NCBI GenBank assembly: GCA_949290725.1
Contig: CASEST010000008.1
Coordinates: 1-38,105, forward strand
Direction of reading: 5' to 3'
Source of the DNA: an uncultured bacterium
GTDB lineage: Bacteria; Bacillota_I; Bacilli_A; RFN20; CAG-826
Length of the DNA stretch: 38,105 nt
Each line of letters opens with the position of its first letter. Position 1 is the first letter of the stretch. Under the pieces are notes generated by a model that saw nothing but the letters and a program-made list of their open reading frames with translations, made no database searches and was not told where the DNA came from. Positions 7,894-16,655 of the stretch are shown one piece after another. A program made the position numbers and the translations under genes.

Positions 7894-8505
7894 CTAAATT
7901 CGATTCATTTTGCTTAATTCTTCCTTTATTTTATTTTGATTGATTAAGCTTAATAAATTTTCATTTTCCTTTAATATTTTTAACACTTTTTGATCAATTT
8001 TTAAATCATATTCTTTAATAAAACGATAAGCTCTTAAAATTCTTAAAGGATCTTCTTTAATACTTTCTAATGGCTCCTTAATAAATCGCAAATAACGATT
8101 ATTTAAATCTTCTACTCCTGTTTTTGAAGGGTCGATTATTTGATATTTTTCATCAATATAAATAGCATTAATGGTAAAATCGCGTCTTAAATAATCTAGA
8201 TAAATATCATTAATAAACTCAATTTTATTAGGATGACGAGAATCTAAATAATCTTTTTCCTTCCTTAAAGTAACAATATCTATATTTTTAGATAAATATT
8301 TTGTCTTAATTACCCCATATTTTTTGAAACTATCATTAAAATTATCTAAAAATAAAACAATTTCTTCTGGTTTTGCATCAGTTACAAAATCATAATCTTT
8401 GATTTCTCGCTTTAAAAGATAATCTCTACTTGAAGAGCCAATCATATATAAACGAAAACCGTTTTTTGAAAAAATTTTTTTATAATGATCAAAAATATTG
8501 TTCAT
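7894..8505 (-). CDS. Class II nucleotidyltransferase (CCA-adding enzyme / poly(A) polymerase family), head+neck only, 203 aa
   Basis: Motif A GSSSRDYLL...DYDF (GGxVRD...DxD type), motif B RRDFTINA, motif C DPSKTGVEDL, motif D EDPLRILRAYRF. The ORF ends 7 nt before dnaD, so there is no room for body/tail domains. Confidence 0.7.
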   Translation of the reverse strand: MNNIFDHYKKIFSKNGFRLYMIGSSSRDYLLKREIKDYDFVTDAKPEEIVLFLDNFNDSFKKYGVIKTKYLSKNIDIVTLRKEKDYLDSRHPNKIEFINDIYLDYLRRDFTINAIYIDEKYQIIDPSKTGVEDLNNRYLRFIKEPLESIKEDPLRILRAYRFIKEYDLKIDQKVLKILKENENLLSLINQNKIKEELSKMNRI

Positions 8506-8511
8506 AAACTA

Positions 8512-8537
8512 TGAAAAAAGCTAGTTTTAACTAGCTT
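8512..8537 (-). terminator. Rho-independent terminator after hup
   Basis: Minus strand AAGCTAG-TTAAAA-CTAGCTT followed by TTTTT. Confidence 0.65.
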
Positions 8538-8548
8538 AATCATCCTAA

Positions 8549-8821
8549 TTATTTAACTAAGTCTTTTAAACTTTTAGAAGGTTTAAATCCAACAGTTTTT
8601 GTTGCAGGAATTTTGATTTTTTCACCATTAACTGGTGAAGTACCTACTCTTTCCTTTCTTGACTTAACACTAAAAGCGCCAAATCCAGAAACTTTAACAA
8701 CTTCCCCATGTTCTAAAGCGTGAGAAATCTCATCAAAAAAAGCATCGATTACTTTTTCAGTGTCCTTTTTTGATAATTTTGTGGTTTCACTAACAGCGAC
8801 AATTAATTCGGCTTTATTCAT
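8549..8821 (-). CDS. hup: DNA-binding protein HU
   Basis: 90 aa, MNKAELI...GFG.F....R.ER.G.NP..GE.I.IPA...V.FKP signature. Confidence 0.95.
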   Translation of the reverse strand: MNKAELIVAVSETTKLSKKDTEKVIDAFFDEISHALEHGEVVKVSGFGAFSVKSRKERVGTSPVNGEKIKIPATKTVGFKPSKSLKDLVK

Positions 8822-8912
8822 TGTGTATTCTCCTTAAAGAAATGAAAATTTGCATAATTTTGCTAAATTTATTAAAACATATATGAAAAACCTTGTAAAT
8901 ATTTTAAAAGTT

Positions 8913-8940
8913 AAAAAATAGATTTTTTTAATAAAATCTA
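8913..8940 (-). terminator. Rho-independent terminator after der
   Basis: Minus strand TAGATTTT-ATTAAA-AAAATCTA followed by T6. The hairpin starts at the der stop codon. Confidence 0.55.
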
Positions 8941-10251
8941 CTTTCTTTTACGTAAAACTAGGTTAATTGGCGAGCCAATTAGCTCAAAAGACTCTCTTAA
9001 ACGATTTTCTAGATATCTTAAATAGGAGAAATGCATCCAAGTAGGTTCATTGACAAAAAGAGCGATAGTTAAAGGCTTTGAAGAAATTTGTTGGGCATAA
9101 TAAATACGACATCTTCCGCCATTAAAATTAGGAGTTTCATTCATCATTTGAGCTTCTTGAATGATATCATTTAAAACGGGTGTCTTTATTTGAAAAGTAT
9201 ATGATTCGTAAACTTGGTCAATAGCTTTAAAGATTTCATCTTTCACTTTATCATTAAATTTAACTGTTGAAATAAATATTAACGGAACATAATCTAAAAA
9301 TTTAAATTCAGTAGTAAATTTTTCTTTAAATTCCTTTTTAAATTCATTTAAATCTTCAATTAAATCGCATTTATTAATAATAACTATAATCGCTTTTTTA
9401 GCCTCTATTGCATAGCCGACAACATGTTTATCTTGTTCTCTAATTCCATCTTTTCCATCGATTAATAATAAGGCGATATCAGATTTATCAATGCTTCTTA
9501 AAGCTCTTAAAGCGGCATATTTATCTACACTTTCATAAATTTTGCCTCTTTTTTTTAATCCAGCAGTGTCAATAACTGAATAAAGTTTGTCTTTATAAGT
9601 AAAGGTTGTATCAATCGAATCACGAGTAGTTCCTTCAATATTTGAAACAATTACTCTATCTTGAGAAATTAGTCGATTAAAAAGGGAAGATTTACCAACA
9701 TTTGGACGTCCAATTAATGAAAACGAAATCCCTTTTTCTTCCTTAACTTCAATTTCGCGAGGCAATAATTCTATAATTTTATCTAAAAGATCACCTATTC
9801 CAATTCCATGCTCGCCGCTAGTAGCAATTGGATCACCTAAAGAAAGAGCATAAAATTCATAAATATTAGCTATTTGATCTATATTATCTATCTTATTAAC
9901 AACTAAAATTGTTTTTTTATTAGCTTTTTGAAGCATTTTAGCAATTAAACGATCATCTTCGCTTAAGCCAATTTTCCCATCAACAACAAAAACAACGACA
10001 TCAGCTTCGTCAATGGCTATTTGAGCTTGTATTCTAATTTGTTCTTGAAAAGGTTTATTTTCAACCTCAATTCCACCAGTATCAACCACATTAAAAGGAA
10101 CTGTTAACCATTTCGTACGAGCATAAAGACGGTCTCTTGTAACTCCTCGAGTTTCTTCAACTATAGCCTTTTTCTCACCTATAATTCGATTAAAAATAGT
10201 TGATTTGCCTACACTAGGCGAACCGACAACAGCAACTAATGGCAAAGACAT
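8938..10251 (-). CDS. der: Ribosome biogenesis GTPase Der (EngA)
   Basis: Two tandem G domains (GSPSVGKST...DTGG...NKID; GRPNVGKSS...DTAG...NKCD) plus a KH-like C-terminus. Confidence 0.95.
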   Translation of the reverse strand: MSLPLVAVVGSPSVGKSTIFNRIIGEKKAIVEETRGVTRDRLYARTKWLTVPFNVVDTGGIEVENKPFQEQIRIQAQIAIDEADVVVFVVDGKIGLSEDDRLIAKMLQKANKKTILVVNKIDNIDQIANIYEFYALSLGDPIATSGEHGIGIGDLLDKIIELLPREIEVKEEKGISFSLIGRPNVGKSSLFNRLISQDRVIVSNIEGTTRDSIDTTFTYKDKLYSVIDTAGLKKRGKIYESVDKYAALRALRSIDKSDIALLLIDGKDGIREQDKHVVGYAIEAKKAIIVIINKCDLIEDLNEFKKEFKEKFTTEFKFLDYVPLIFISTVKFNDKVKDEIFKAIDQVYESYTFQIKTPVLNDIIQEAQMMNETPNFNGGRCRIYYAQQISSKPLTIALFVNEPTWMHFSYLRYLENRLRESFELIGSPINLVLRKRK

Positions 10252-10922
10252 TCTTTATACCCCTTATTAACAATAATTTCATCAATCTTATTGACAACTT
10301 CTTCAATAGTTAAATTTGTCGTATCTAGTGTTATTGAATCTTTAGCAGGTTGAAGAGGACAAAAAGAACGATGAGAATCAATATAATCTCTTTTTTTAAT
10401 GTTCTCTAAGCATTCTTCAAAACTAGTTTCGCGATTATTTTCCTTATTTTGTATATATCTTCTTTTCGCCCTTTCATTCACATCAGCAATCATAAATATC
10501 TTTATTTCAGCATCTTTTAAAACATAAGTTCCGATGTCTCTTCCATCCATTACAACATTTTTACCTGAAGCAATCTTTCTTTGAAGGTCAACTAAAAATA
10601 AACGAACATTTTTATATGAAGCGATATAAGAAACATTATCCGCAACATCATTATCGCGGATTCTAGCATTTACATCGATATTATCTAGCAAAATATGATT
10701 ATTTGAATCGAATTCAATTTCAACTACATTTATCAAGCTCTCAGCTAATTTTTCATCTTCAGGATTCAAACCTTTTAAAATCATCGCCAAAGTAAAAGCA
10801 CGATACATTGCCCCAGTATCAATATAAGTAAAGCCTAATCTTGCGGCTAGAAGTTTAGCGATTGTTGATTTCCCACTTGCTGAAGGGCCATCTATTGCAA
10901 TTGAAATAAATTTTCTATCCAT
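10236..10922 (-). CDS. cmk: Cytidylate kinase
   Basis: IAIDGPSASGKST P-loop, FTYIDTGAMYRA, DGRDIGT. Overlaps der by 16 nt. Confidence 0.93.
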   Translation of the reverse strand: MDRKFISIAIDGPSASGKSTIAKLLAARLGFTYIDTGAMYRAFTLAMILKGLNPEDEKLAESLINVVEIEFDSNNHILLDNIDVNARIRDNDVADNVSYIASYKNVRLFLVDLQRKIASGKNVVMDGRDIGTYVLKDAEIKIFMIADVNERAKRRYIQNKENNRETSFEECLENIKKRDYIDSHRSFCPLQPAKDSITLDTTNLTIEEVVNKIDEIIVNKGYKECLCH

Positions 10923-11202
10923 TAATCCCCCTAATAATAAAATAAATAACGAGAAAGATTATAACAATTAGCAATAAACTAATAAAGCAATAAAATATTA
11001 TTTTAATCGTTCTCCTTTTATTATAAACATGATAAAGTTTATCATCCTTTCTCGTTTTTGTTTTATTTAATGATGAAGCAATATTTACATTATTCTTTTC
11101 ATTATTTCTTTCTTTTATTATTTTGGCTTTAATAGTTTCTAATGAGCTAGAATTTTTAATTTCATTACGATAATCTATATACTTTTCTTTTCTTGATTCC
11201 AT
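10915..11202 (-). CDS. Hypothetical tail-anchored small membrane protein (95 aa)
   Basis: K/N-rich N-terminal part and a single C-terminal TM (IIFYCFISLLLIVIIFLVIYFII). Overlaps the cmk start by 8 nt. Confidence 0.55.
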   Translation of the reverse strand: MESRKEKYIDYRNEIKNSSSLETIKAKIIKERNNEKNNVNIASSLNKTKTRKDDKLYHVYNKRRTIKIIFYCFISLLLIVIIFLVIYFIIRGING

Positions 11203-11335
11203 ATTTTACATTTTACCATTTTTAACGACTGATTTACTCACATAAATATCAGGCCATGTTAGTTTTATCTAACAAAATTAGCCATTTTTTTTATAAATTT
11301 TAATGTTATACTATATTCAATTGGAGGAAATCAAA

Positions 11336-11515
11336 ATGGCTGTTAAATTAACTGTTAATAAAGATTTATGTGTCGGTTGTGGTCTTTGTGTTGGATCATA
11401 TTCAGATGTTTTTACATTTGATGCTGATAACAAAGCTGAAGTTATTGCTGAATGCGATGATTCTGTTGCTGAAGAAGCTGTTGCTTCATGCCCAGCTGGT
11501 GCTATTTCTAAATAG
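11336..11515 (+). CDS. Small 4Fe-4S ferredoxin (59 aa)
   Basis: CVGCGLC...C...SCP motif. Start set to the ATG at 11336, preceded by GGAGGA with a 7-nt spacer. Codon usage looks like a highly expressed gene (GGT/GCT rich). Confidence 0.85.
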   Translation: MAVKLTVNKDLCVGCGLCVGSYSDVFTFDADNKAEVIAECDDSVAEEAVASCPAGAISK

Positions 11516-11540
11516 TATTTAATAAGATATTAATAAATAA

Positions 11541-11559
11541 GCTCCTCGATAAGAGGAGC
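11541..11559. terminator. Bidirectional terminator between ferredoxin and ribU
   Basis: GCTCCTC-GATAA-GAGGAGC flanked by A-rich (upstream) and T-rich (downstream) tracts. Confidence 0.65.
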
Positions 11560-11561
11560 TT

Positions 11562-12200
11562 TTATTTACGATATTTTTTAATCAAATATGCTAAAGGCTT
11601 ATAAATTACAATAGTAACGACACTGATTATACCTAGTTTAATTAAATTAAAAGGTAAAAGAAATTCATATAAAATCTTTAAATCAAAAGGACCGCTAATT
11701 GATGGATCGGCTGCCTTAAACAAATTTAAATATAATACATTTAAAGAGTCATAATAGTTTGTTGTTCCAAATAAAACGACTCCATATAAAGGATAGATTA
11801 AATAATAGCCGATGAAGCATGAAAAAATTAAAGAGGATAAAATTCCTGCTGCTAAGGATAATAAAGTTCCATTAAACGTATGGTATTTTTTATATAAAAG
11901 TCCAGTAGGAATAACTAAGGCTAACCCATAAATTATGTCTGCTAAAACACCTACTCCCCCTGTCGAGCCAATATCTTGGATCAATTTAAATAATCCTTTT
12001 AAAATTATTAAAAAAGAAGCAGTGAATGGCCCAAATGCAAAAGAAGCAAATAAGCAAGGAATTTCATCAAAATGTAGCTGCAAAAAACTTAAACCTGGAA
12101 TAATTGGAAATTGTAAACCAGGAACCATATAAAGAATAATAGCTAAACTTCCAAAAATAGCGATTCTTGCAATAAAATTAATTGTTTTTCTTGTATTCAT
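11562..12200 (-). CDS. ribU: Riboflavin transporter, ECF S-component RibU-like (212 aa)
   Basis: Multi-TM protein directly behind an FMN riboswitch. Start set to the ATG at 12200, because the 7 upstream ORF codons are the riboswitch terminator/U-tract. GAGG 6 nt upstream. Confidence 0.8.
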   Translation of the reverse strand: MNTRKTINFIARIAIFGSLAIILYMVPGLQFPIIPGLSFLQLHFDEIPCLFASFAFGPFTASFLIILKGLFKLIQDIGSTGGVGVLADIIYGLALVIPTGLLYKKYHTFNGTLLSLAAGILSSLIFSCFIGYYLIYPLYGVVLFGTTNYYDSLNVLYLNLFKAADPSISGPFDLKILYEFLLPFNLIKLGIISVVTIVIYKPLAYLIKKYRK

Positions 12201-12366
12201 AAAAAACCTCGATTTAACCAAAAAATAAATTAAATCGAGGTAATTTTTTTGATTACTAACTTCTTCTATCCAGACTATACTGTTGCTACTAGAATTTCAC
12301 TAGTTCCTGCTTATTTAAGCTCGCGGAGTATACCGCCAGTTATGAATTAAACATTACCCTGAAGTT
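12201..12366 (-). promoter_or_regulatory. FMN riboswitch (RFN element) with terminator overlapping the ribU RBS
   Basis: Minus strand CTTCAGGG...ACTGGCGGTA..CTCCGCGAGC...GCAGGAACTAGTGAAATTCTAGTAGCAACAGTATAGTCTGGATAGAAGAAG matches conserved RFN blocks. Then CCTCGATTTA-loop-TAAATCGAGG + T6 immediately before the ATG. Confidence 0.9.
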
Positions 12367-12383
12367 AATTTATTTTTCAATTA

Positions 12384-13280
12384 TTATTTTAACACTATTT
12401 TCTTCTTTTTGATTAATTTATTTATTCTTTTCAAGCCTTCATTTAAAGCTTTTTCATCTTTAAATCGCAAAGTCAGGCTTAAATTATCAATTCTTAAAGG
12501 AGATTCATCAACTATCTCTTTTTTAATCTCTTCTTTAGTTTCAATATCGCTAGTAGCTAAGTCGTTTTTATGTTGGCGATGATTTACTTCTACCCCTTTA
12601 AGATTTCTAACTAGTTCTTCTGTTTCCCTAACGGATAAACTAGATTCATAAATTTTACTTACTAAATTTAAAACATCTTCTTTATCTAAACGAGAAATAG
12701 CTTTTGCGTGACCATAAGAAAGCTTATTCATTGAAATATCTACTAAAACAGACTCAGGTAAATTTAAAATTTGTAAGAGGTTTGAAATCTGAGAAGGCGA
12801 TTGATTTAAGAAATCAGATAATTCTTTATTTTTATATTTAAAATCGGTTTTTAAGTGCGAACAAATTAAAGCTAATTCATACATGTTCATCGCTTTTCGA
12901 TCAGTCATTTCTTTTAGCATCAAAAGGAGCGATTCCTCATCAGATAAGCTTAATACTACTGAGTTTATTTTTTCCTTTTTTAAATGTTTAGCTGCATAAA
13001 ACTTAATACGCCCTACAACAACCTCATATTTATCCTTATATGAACGAAGAATGATTGGATCTAAATAAACATTATTCTCCAATTGGCCCTCGGTAGTTTT
13101 GATTTTATTCTCATCCAATTTGGCCTTTTTTAAATAGTGATTATCCACAATATCATTCATTGAAATATTCTGTATCGTCTCTTTAGGAGAATTTTTCAAT
13201 ATAGCCGAAACAAAATCTTCACGTCCAAAACGATTTACTAGTTTACGCAAACTATTTTTTAAAATCTTATTTTCTTTCAT
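12384..13280 (-). CDS. parB: ParB/Spo0J-family protein, divergent N-terminal domain (298 aa)
   Basis: Collinear with Spo0J: HTH region [17 protein letters not shown] retained, but box II reads GRIKFYAAK instead of GERRxRAAK. Overlaps parA by 14 nt. Confidence 0.8.
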   Translation of the reverse strand: MKENKILKNSLRKLVNRFGREDFVSAILKNSPKETIQNISMNDIVDNHYLKKAKLDENKIKTTEGQLENNVYLDPIILRSYKDKYEVVVGRIKFYAAKHLKKEKINSVVLSLSDEESLLLMLKEMTDRKAMNMYELALICSHLKTDFKYKNKELSDFLNQSPSQISNLLQILNLPESVLVDISMNKLSYGHAKAISRLDKEDVLNLVSKIYESSLSVRETEELVRNLKGVEVNHRQHKNDLATSDIETKEEIKKEIVDESPLRIDNLSLTLRFKDEKALNEGLKRINKLIKKKKIVLK

Positions 13281-14043
13281 TTTGAATTACCTCCTTGGCT
13301 AAGTCGCTATAAGCGATTGATCCAGCACTAGTTGGTTTATAAATACAAGCTGGTAATCCTCTAGCACTACATTCCGATAAAGAAAAATTACGAGGAATAA
13401 TTGTTAAAAAAGTATTTTCTTTAAACAAACCACGAACCTCGCTAACTACTTCATTGCATAATTGAGATTCTTCCTCGTACATCGTTAATAAAAATCCTTC
13501 GATTGTTAAATTTGGATTTTGAATCTGCTTAACCCTTTTAATAGTGGCTAATATTTGTGCAAGACCTTCCATCGCGAAATATTCACATTGAACTGGAATA
13601 AGCACAGAATTAGCTGCAGTTAAAGCATTCAAACATAGAATGCCTAATGATGGTGGGCAATCTATCAAGATATAATCATATTTTTTATTTATTTTTAAAA
13701 TAATATTCTTTAAAACAGAATAGGTATCATCTCCTGAATTTTTTAATAATAATTCGCTTTCTAAATTAGATAATTTTAAATTAGAAGGTATCACATCAAG
13801 ATTTTTAATCATTGTTTTTCTAATTACTTTATTAACATCTGCATCTAAAATAAGAGCATTAAAAATCGTCCTATTAATTAAAGTTATATCTATCCCTAGG
13901 CCTCTTGATGAATTGCCTTGTGGGTCTAAATCAATCAAAAGAACGCTTCTTTCATCTAAGGCTAAAGAAGCAGCAAGATTAATCGCGGTTGTTGTTTTAC
14001 CAACTCCTCCTTTTTGATTGGCTATCGCAATAACTTTTGACAT
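13267..14043 (-). CDS. parA: ParA/Soj chromosome partitioning ATPase
   Basis: Deviant Walker [30 protein letters not shown]. Confidence 0.93.
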   Translation of the reverse strand: MSKVIAIANQKGGVGKTTTAINLAASLALDERSVLLIDLDPQGNSSRGLGIDITLINRTIFNALILDADVNKVIRKTMIKNLDVIPSNLKLSNLESELLLKNSGDDTYSVLKNIILKINKKYDYILIDCPPSLGILCLNALTAANSVLIPVQCEYFAMEGLAQILATIKRVKQIQNPNLTIEGFLLTMYEEESQLCNEVVSEVRGLFKENTFLTIIPRNFSLSECSARGLPACIYKPTSAGSIAYSDLAKEVIQNERK

Positions 14044-14119
14044 AAACTTTATACGTGAAAACTTTTCTATAAAGTAATAATAACATTTTTCTTATAAAAG
14101 ACAAATAAAAAACCATTGT

Positions 14120-14761
14120 TTACAATGGCTTTTTCTTAATAAGAGAATAATTTCGTGGAAACTTTTTATCGCACTCTGCAGTTTTAATAATGAATAAATT
14201 GTTTCGTTCATTAGTTAGATCAATAAACTCATGCTGTACATTAGCTATTTTAGCATTTAATATCTTAAATGCATTTTTGGCATCTTCAATTTCCTCGTTA
14301 GCTCTTTTACCTTTATAGGCGATTAAAGTACCATTTACTTTTAAATAAGGAATGGACAATTCTAAAAGTATTTTCAGCTCACTCACTGCTCGAGAAATTA
14401 TCACGTCATATTTAATTTCTTTTGGTAAATCTTCAGAACGAGAATTTTTAACTTCGACATTTTTTAAATCTAACTCCTTAACAACTAGATTTAAGAAAGC
14501 ACATCTTTTTGATATGGGCTCAACTAAAGTAAATTTTGCATCTGGAAAAACGATGGCCAAAGGAATGCCTGGAAAACCTGCTCCACTACCTAAATCCATT
14601 ATATTTTTATTTTTGAAATCAAAAATTTTGCTAGGCAAAAGGGAGTCATCAAAATGTTTTTCCTTAAATTCGTTTACATCGGTAATTGATGTTAAATTTA
14701 TTTTCTCGTTTTCACTTAAAACGAGTTCCATAAATCTATTTAATTTCTCATTAACTTCCAT
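14120..14761 (-). CDS. rsmG: 16S rRNA (guanine527-N7)-methyltransferase RsmG (GidB)
   Basis: SAM motif DLGSGAGFPGIPLAI. Sits directly downstream of mnmG. Confidence 0.92.
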   Translation of the reverse strand: MEVNEKLNRFMELVLSENEKINLTSITDVNEFKEKHFDDSLLPSKIFDFKNKNIMDLGSGAGFPGIPLAIVFPDAKFTLVEPISKRCAFLNLVVKELDLKNVEVKNSRSEDLPKEIKYDVIISRAVSELKILLELSIPYLKVNGTLIAYKGKRANEEIEDAKNAFKILNAKIANVQHEFIDLTNERNNLFIIKTAECDKKFPRNYSLIKKKPL

Positions 14762-14762
14762 A

Positions 14763-16655
14763 TTAAATTAATCTATTCTTTCTTAAATGCATTATCAAAA
14801 CAGTAATATCAGAAGGATTTACCCCACTAATTCTACTGGCTTGGCCAATAGTTTTAGGTTTTATTTTTTCAAACTTTTGTCGAGCTTCTAAAGCTAAACC
14901 ATCTAAATTCAAATAATTGATCTCACTAGGCAATTTTATATCATCTAATTTATGTAATTTTTGAGCTTCTTTCATTTGATTCTTAATATATCCTTCATAT
15001 TTAACAAAGATTTCAAGTTGTTCTTCCCCAATATGATCAAGTTCATATTCTTTCGGTAAATCTAAATATTTTTTTAATTCTGAATAGGTTACATTGTTTC
15101 TTTTTAAAACTTCTTTAGCACTAACTCCATAAGTTAGTTTTTCATATCCTAATGAAACCAGATAATCATTAATCCTAGAAGTAGCACCGAAAAATTTTTC
15201 ATCCAATAAATGATAAATTTTTTCAATCTTTCCTTTTTTATCTAAAAAATCTTGATAACGTTTTTTATCAATCAAACCAAGTTTATATCCCTTCTCTAAC
15301 AAACGAAAATCAGCATTATCATGTCTTAAAAGTAAACGATATTCAGCTCTAGAAGAAAGTAATCTATATGGTTCGTTTGTTCCTTTAGTTATCAAATCAT
15401 CAATCATTACACCAATATAAGCTTCATCTCTTCTTAAAACAAAAGGCTCCTTTTTATCAATAAATAAGGAGGCATTAATTCCAGCCATCAATCCTAAACC
15501 AGCAGCTTCTTCATAACCGCTTGTTCCACAAATCTGGCCAGAAATAAATAGGCCTTGGTATTTCTTAACCATCAATGAATTATCAAATTCAAGTGGATCT
15601 AAAGCATCATATTCAATTGCATAAGCGTATTTCAAAATTTTTGCATTCTCTAATCCAGGGAGAGAATGAACCATTTCATCTTGAACATTTTCTGGCATTG
15701 AAGTAGAAAAACCTTGAAGATATATTGAATTCGTATCGTAACTTTCAGGCTCTAAAAATAATTGATGACGAGGTTTATCTGAGAAACGAACAATTTTATC
15801 TTCAATCGAAGGGCAATATCTTGGACCAACTCCATGAACCATTCCACCATACATCGCCGATTCTAATAAATGCTCATTAATAATTTTATGAGTTAATGGC
15901 GTTGTATAAATTAAATAACATGGTATTTGTTTTTCTAAAGGGATAAACTCTTTAGATTCATAGGAAAAACCTTGATCATCAACATTGCCGTATTGAATTT
16001 CACCTTTAGTAAAATCTATTGACTCTCGAGCGATTCTTTGTGGGGTGCCGGTTTTTAAACGTTGAATTTTCAAACCCATTGATTTTAAATAATCAGAGAG
16101 TCCAATCGAAGGTTTTTCTCCATCAGGACCGCTACATTCTTTATGATGCCCTCTTAAAATTTCGCTATTCATATATGTTCCGGTTGCTAAAATAACTGCC
16201 TTTGAATTAATCTCTCTCCCGCTTTTTGTTTTAACACCACAAACTTTATGATCATCATTAATTAAGGAAATGACTTCATCTTCAAAAATATCTAAATTTT
16301 CAGCTTTTAGAAGGTGTTTTTGCATATTGAAAGGATATCTTTTTTTATCAGCTTGGGCTCTTAAACATTGAACGCCAGGGCCTTTTTTTGTATTTAACAT
16401 TTTCATTTGCAAATACTCTTGGTCTGCACATTTTCCCATGTATCCGCCTAAAGCATCTATTTCACGAACTACTATACCTTTGGCGCTTCCCCCAATAGAA
16501 GGATTACATGGCATATTAGAGGCCATTTTAAAATTTAACGTTATTAATAACGTCTTTTTCTTTAATTTAGCAGACGCTAAAGCTGCCTCATTACCAGCAT
16601 GACCGGCTCCAACAACAATTACATCATATGTTGATAAAATATTTTCGTTAAGCAT
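14763..16655 (-). CDS. mnmG: tRNA uridine-5-carboxymethylaminomethyl modification enzyme MnmG (GidA)
   Basis: 630 aa, FAD motif VVGAGHAGNEAA, and a conserved GidA core throughout. ATG overlaps the sufB stop (TAATG at 16653-16657). Confidence 0.97.
   Translation of the reverse strand: MLNENILSTYDVIVVGAGHAGNEAALASAKLKKKTLLITLNFKMASNMPCNPSIGGSAKGIVVREIDALGGYMGKCADQEYLQMKMLNTKKGPGVQCLRAQADKKRYPFNMQKHLLKAENLDIFEDEVISLINDDHKVCGVKTKSGREINSKAVILATGTYMNSEILRGHHKECSGPDGEKPSIGLSDYLKSMGLKIQRLKTGTPQRIARESIDFTKGEIQYGNVDDQGFSYESKEFIPLEKQIPCYLIYTTPLTHKIINEHLLESAMYGGMVHGVGPRYCPSIEDKIVRFSDKPRHQLFLEPESYDTNSIYLQGFSTSMPENVQDEMVHSLPGLENAKILKYAYAIEYDALDPLEFDNSLMVKKYQGLFISGQICGTSGYEEAAGLGLMAGINASLFIDKKEPFVLRRDEAYIGVMIDDLITKGTNEPYRLLSSRAEYRLLLRHDNADFRLLEKGYKLGLIDKKRYQDFLDKKGKIEKIYHLLDEKFFGATSRINDYLVSLGYEKLTYGVSAKEVLKRNNVTYSELKKYLDLPKEYELDHIGEEQLEIFVKYEGYIKNQMKEAQKLHKLDDIKLPSEINYLNLDGLALEARQKFEKIKPKTIGQASRISGVNPSDITVLIMHLRKNRLI

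Noticed and set aside
8946-8957. 12-bp palindrome TTTTACGTAAAA at the 3' end of der.
   Set aside because: AT-rich, short, and lacking the CACGTG core of parS. It lies in coding sequence next to the terminator, so it is likely fortuitous.
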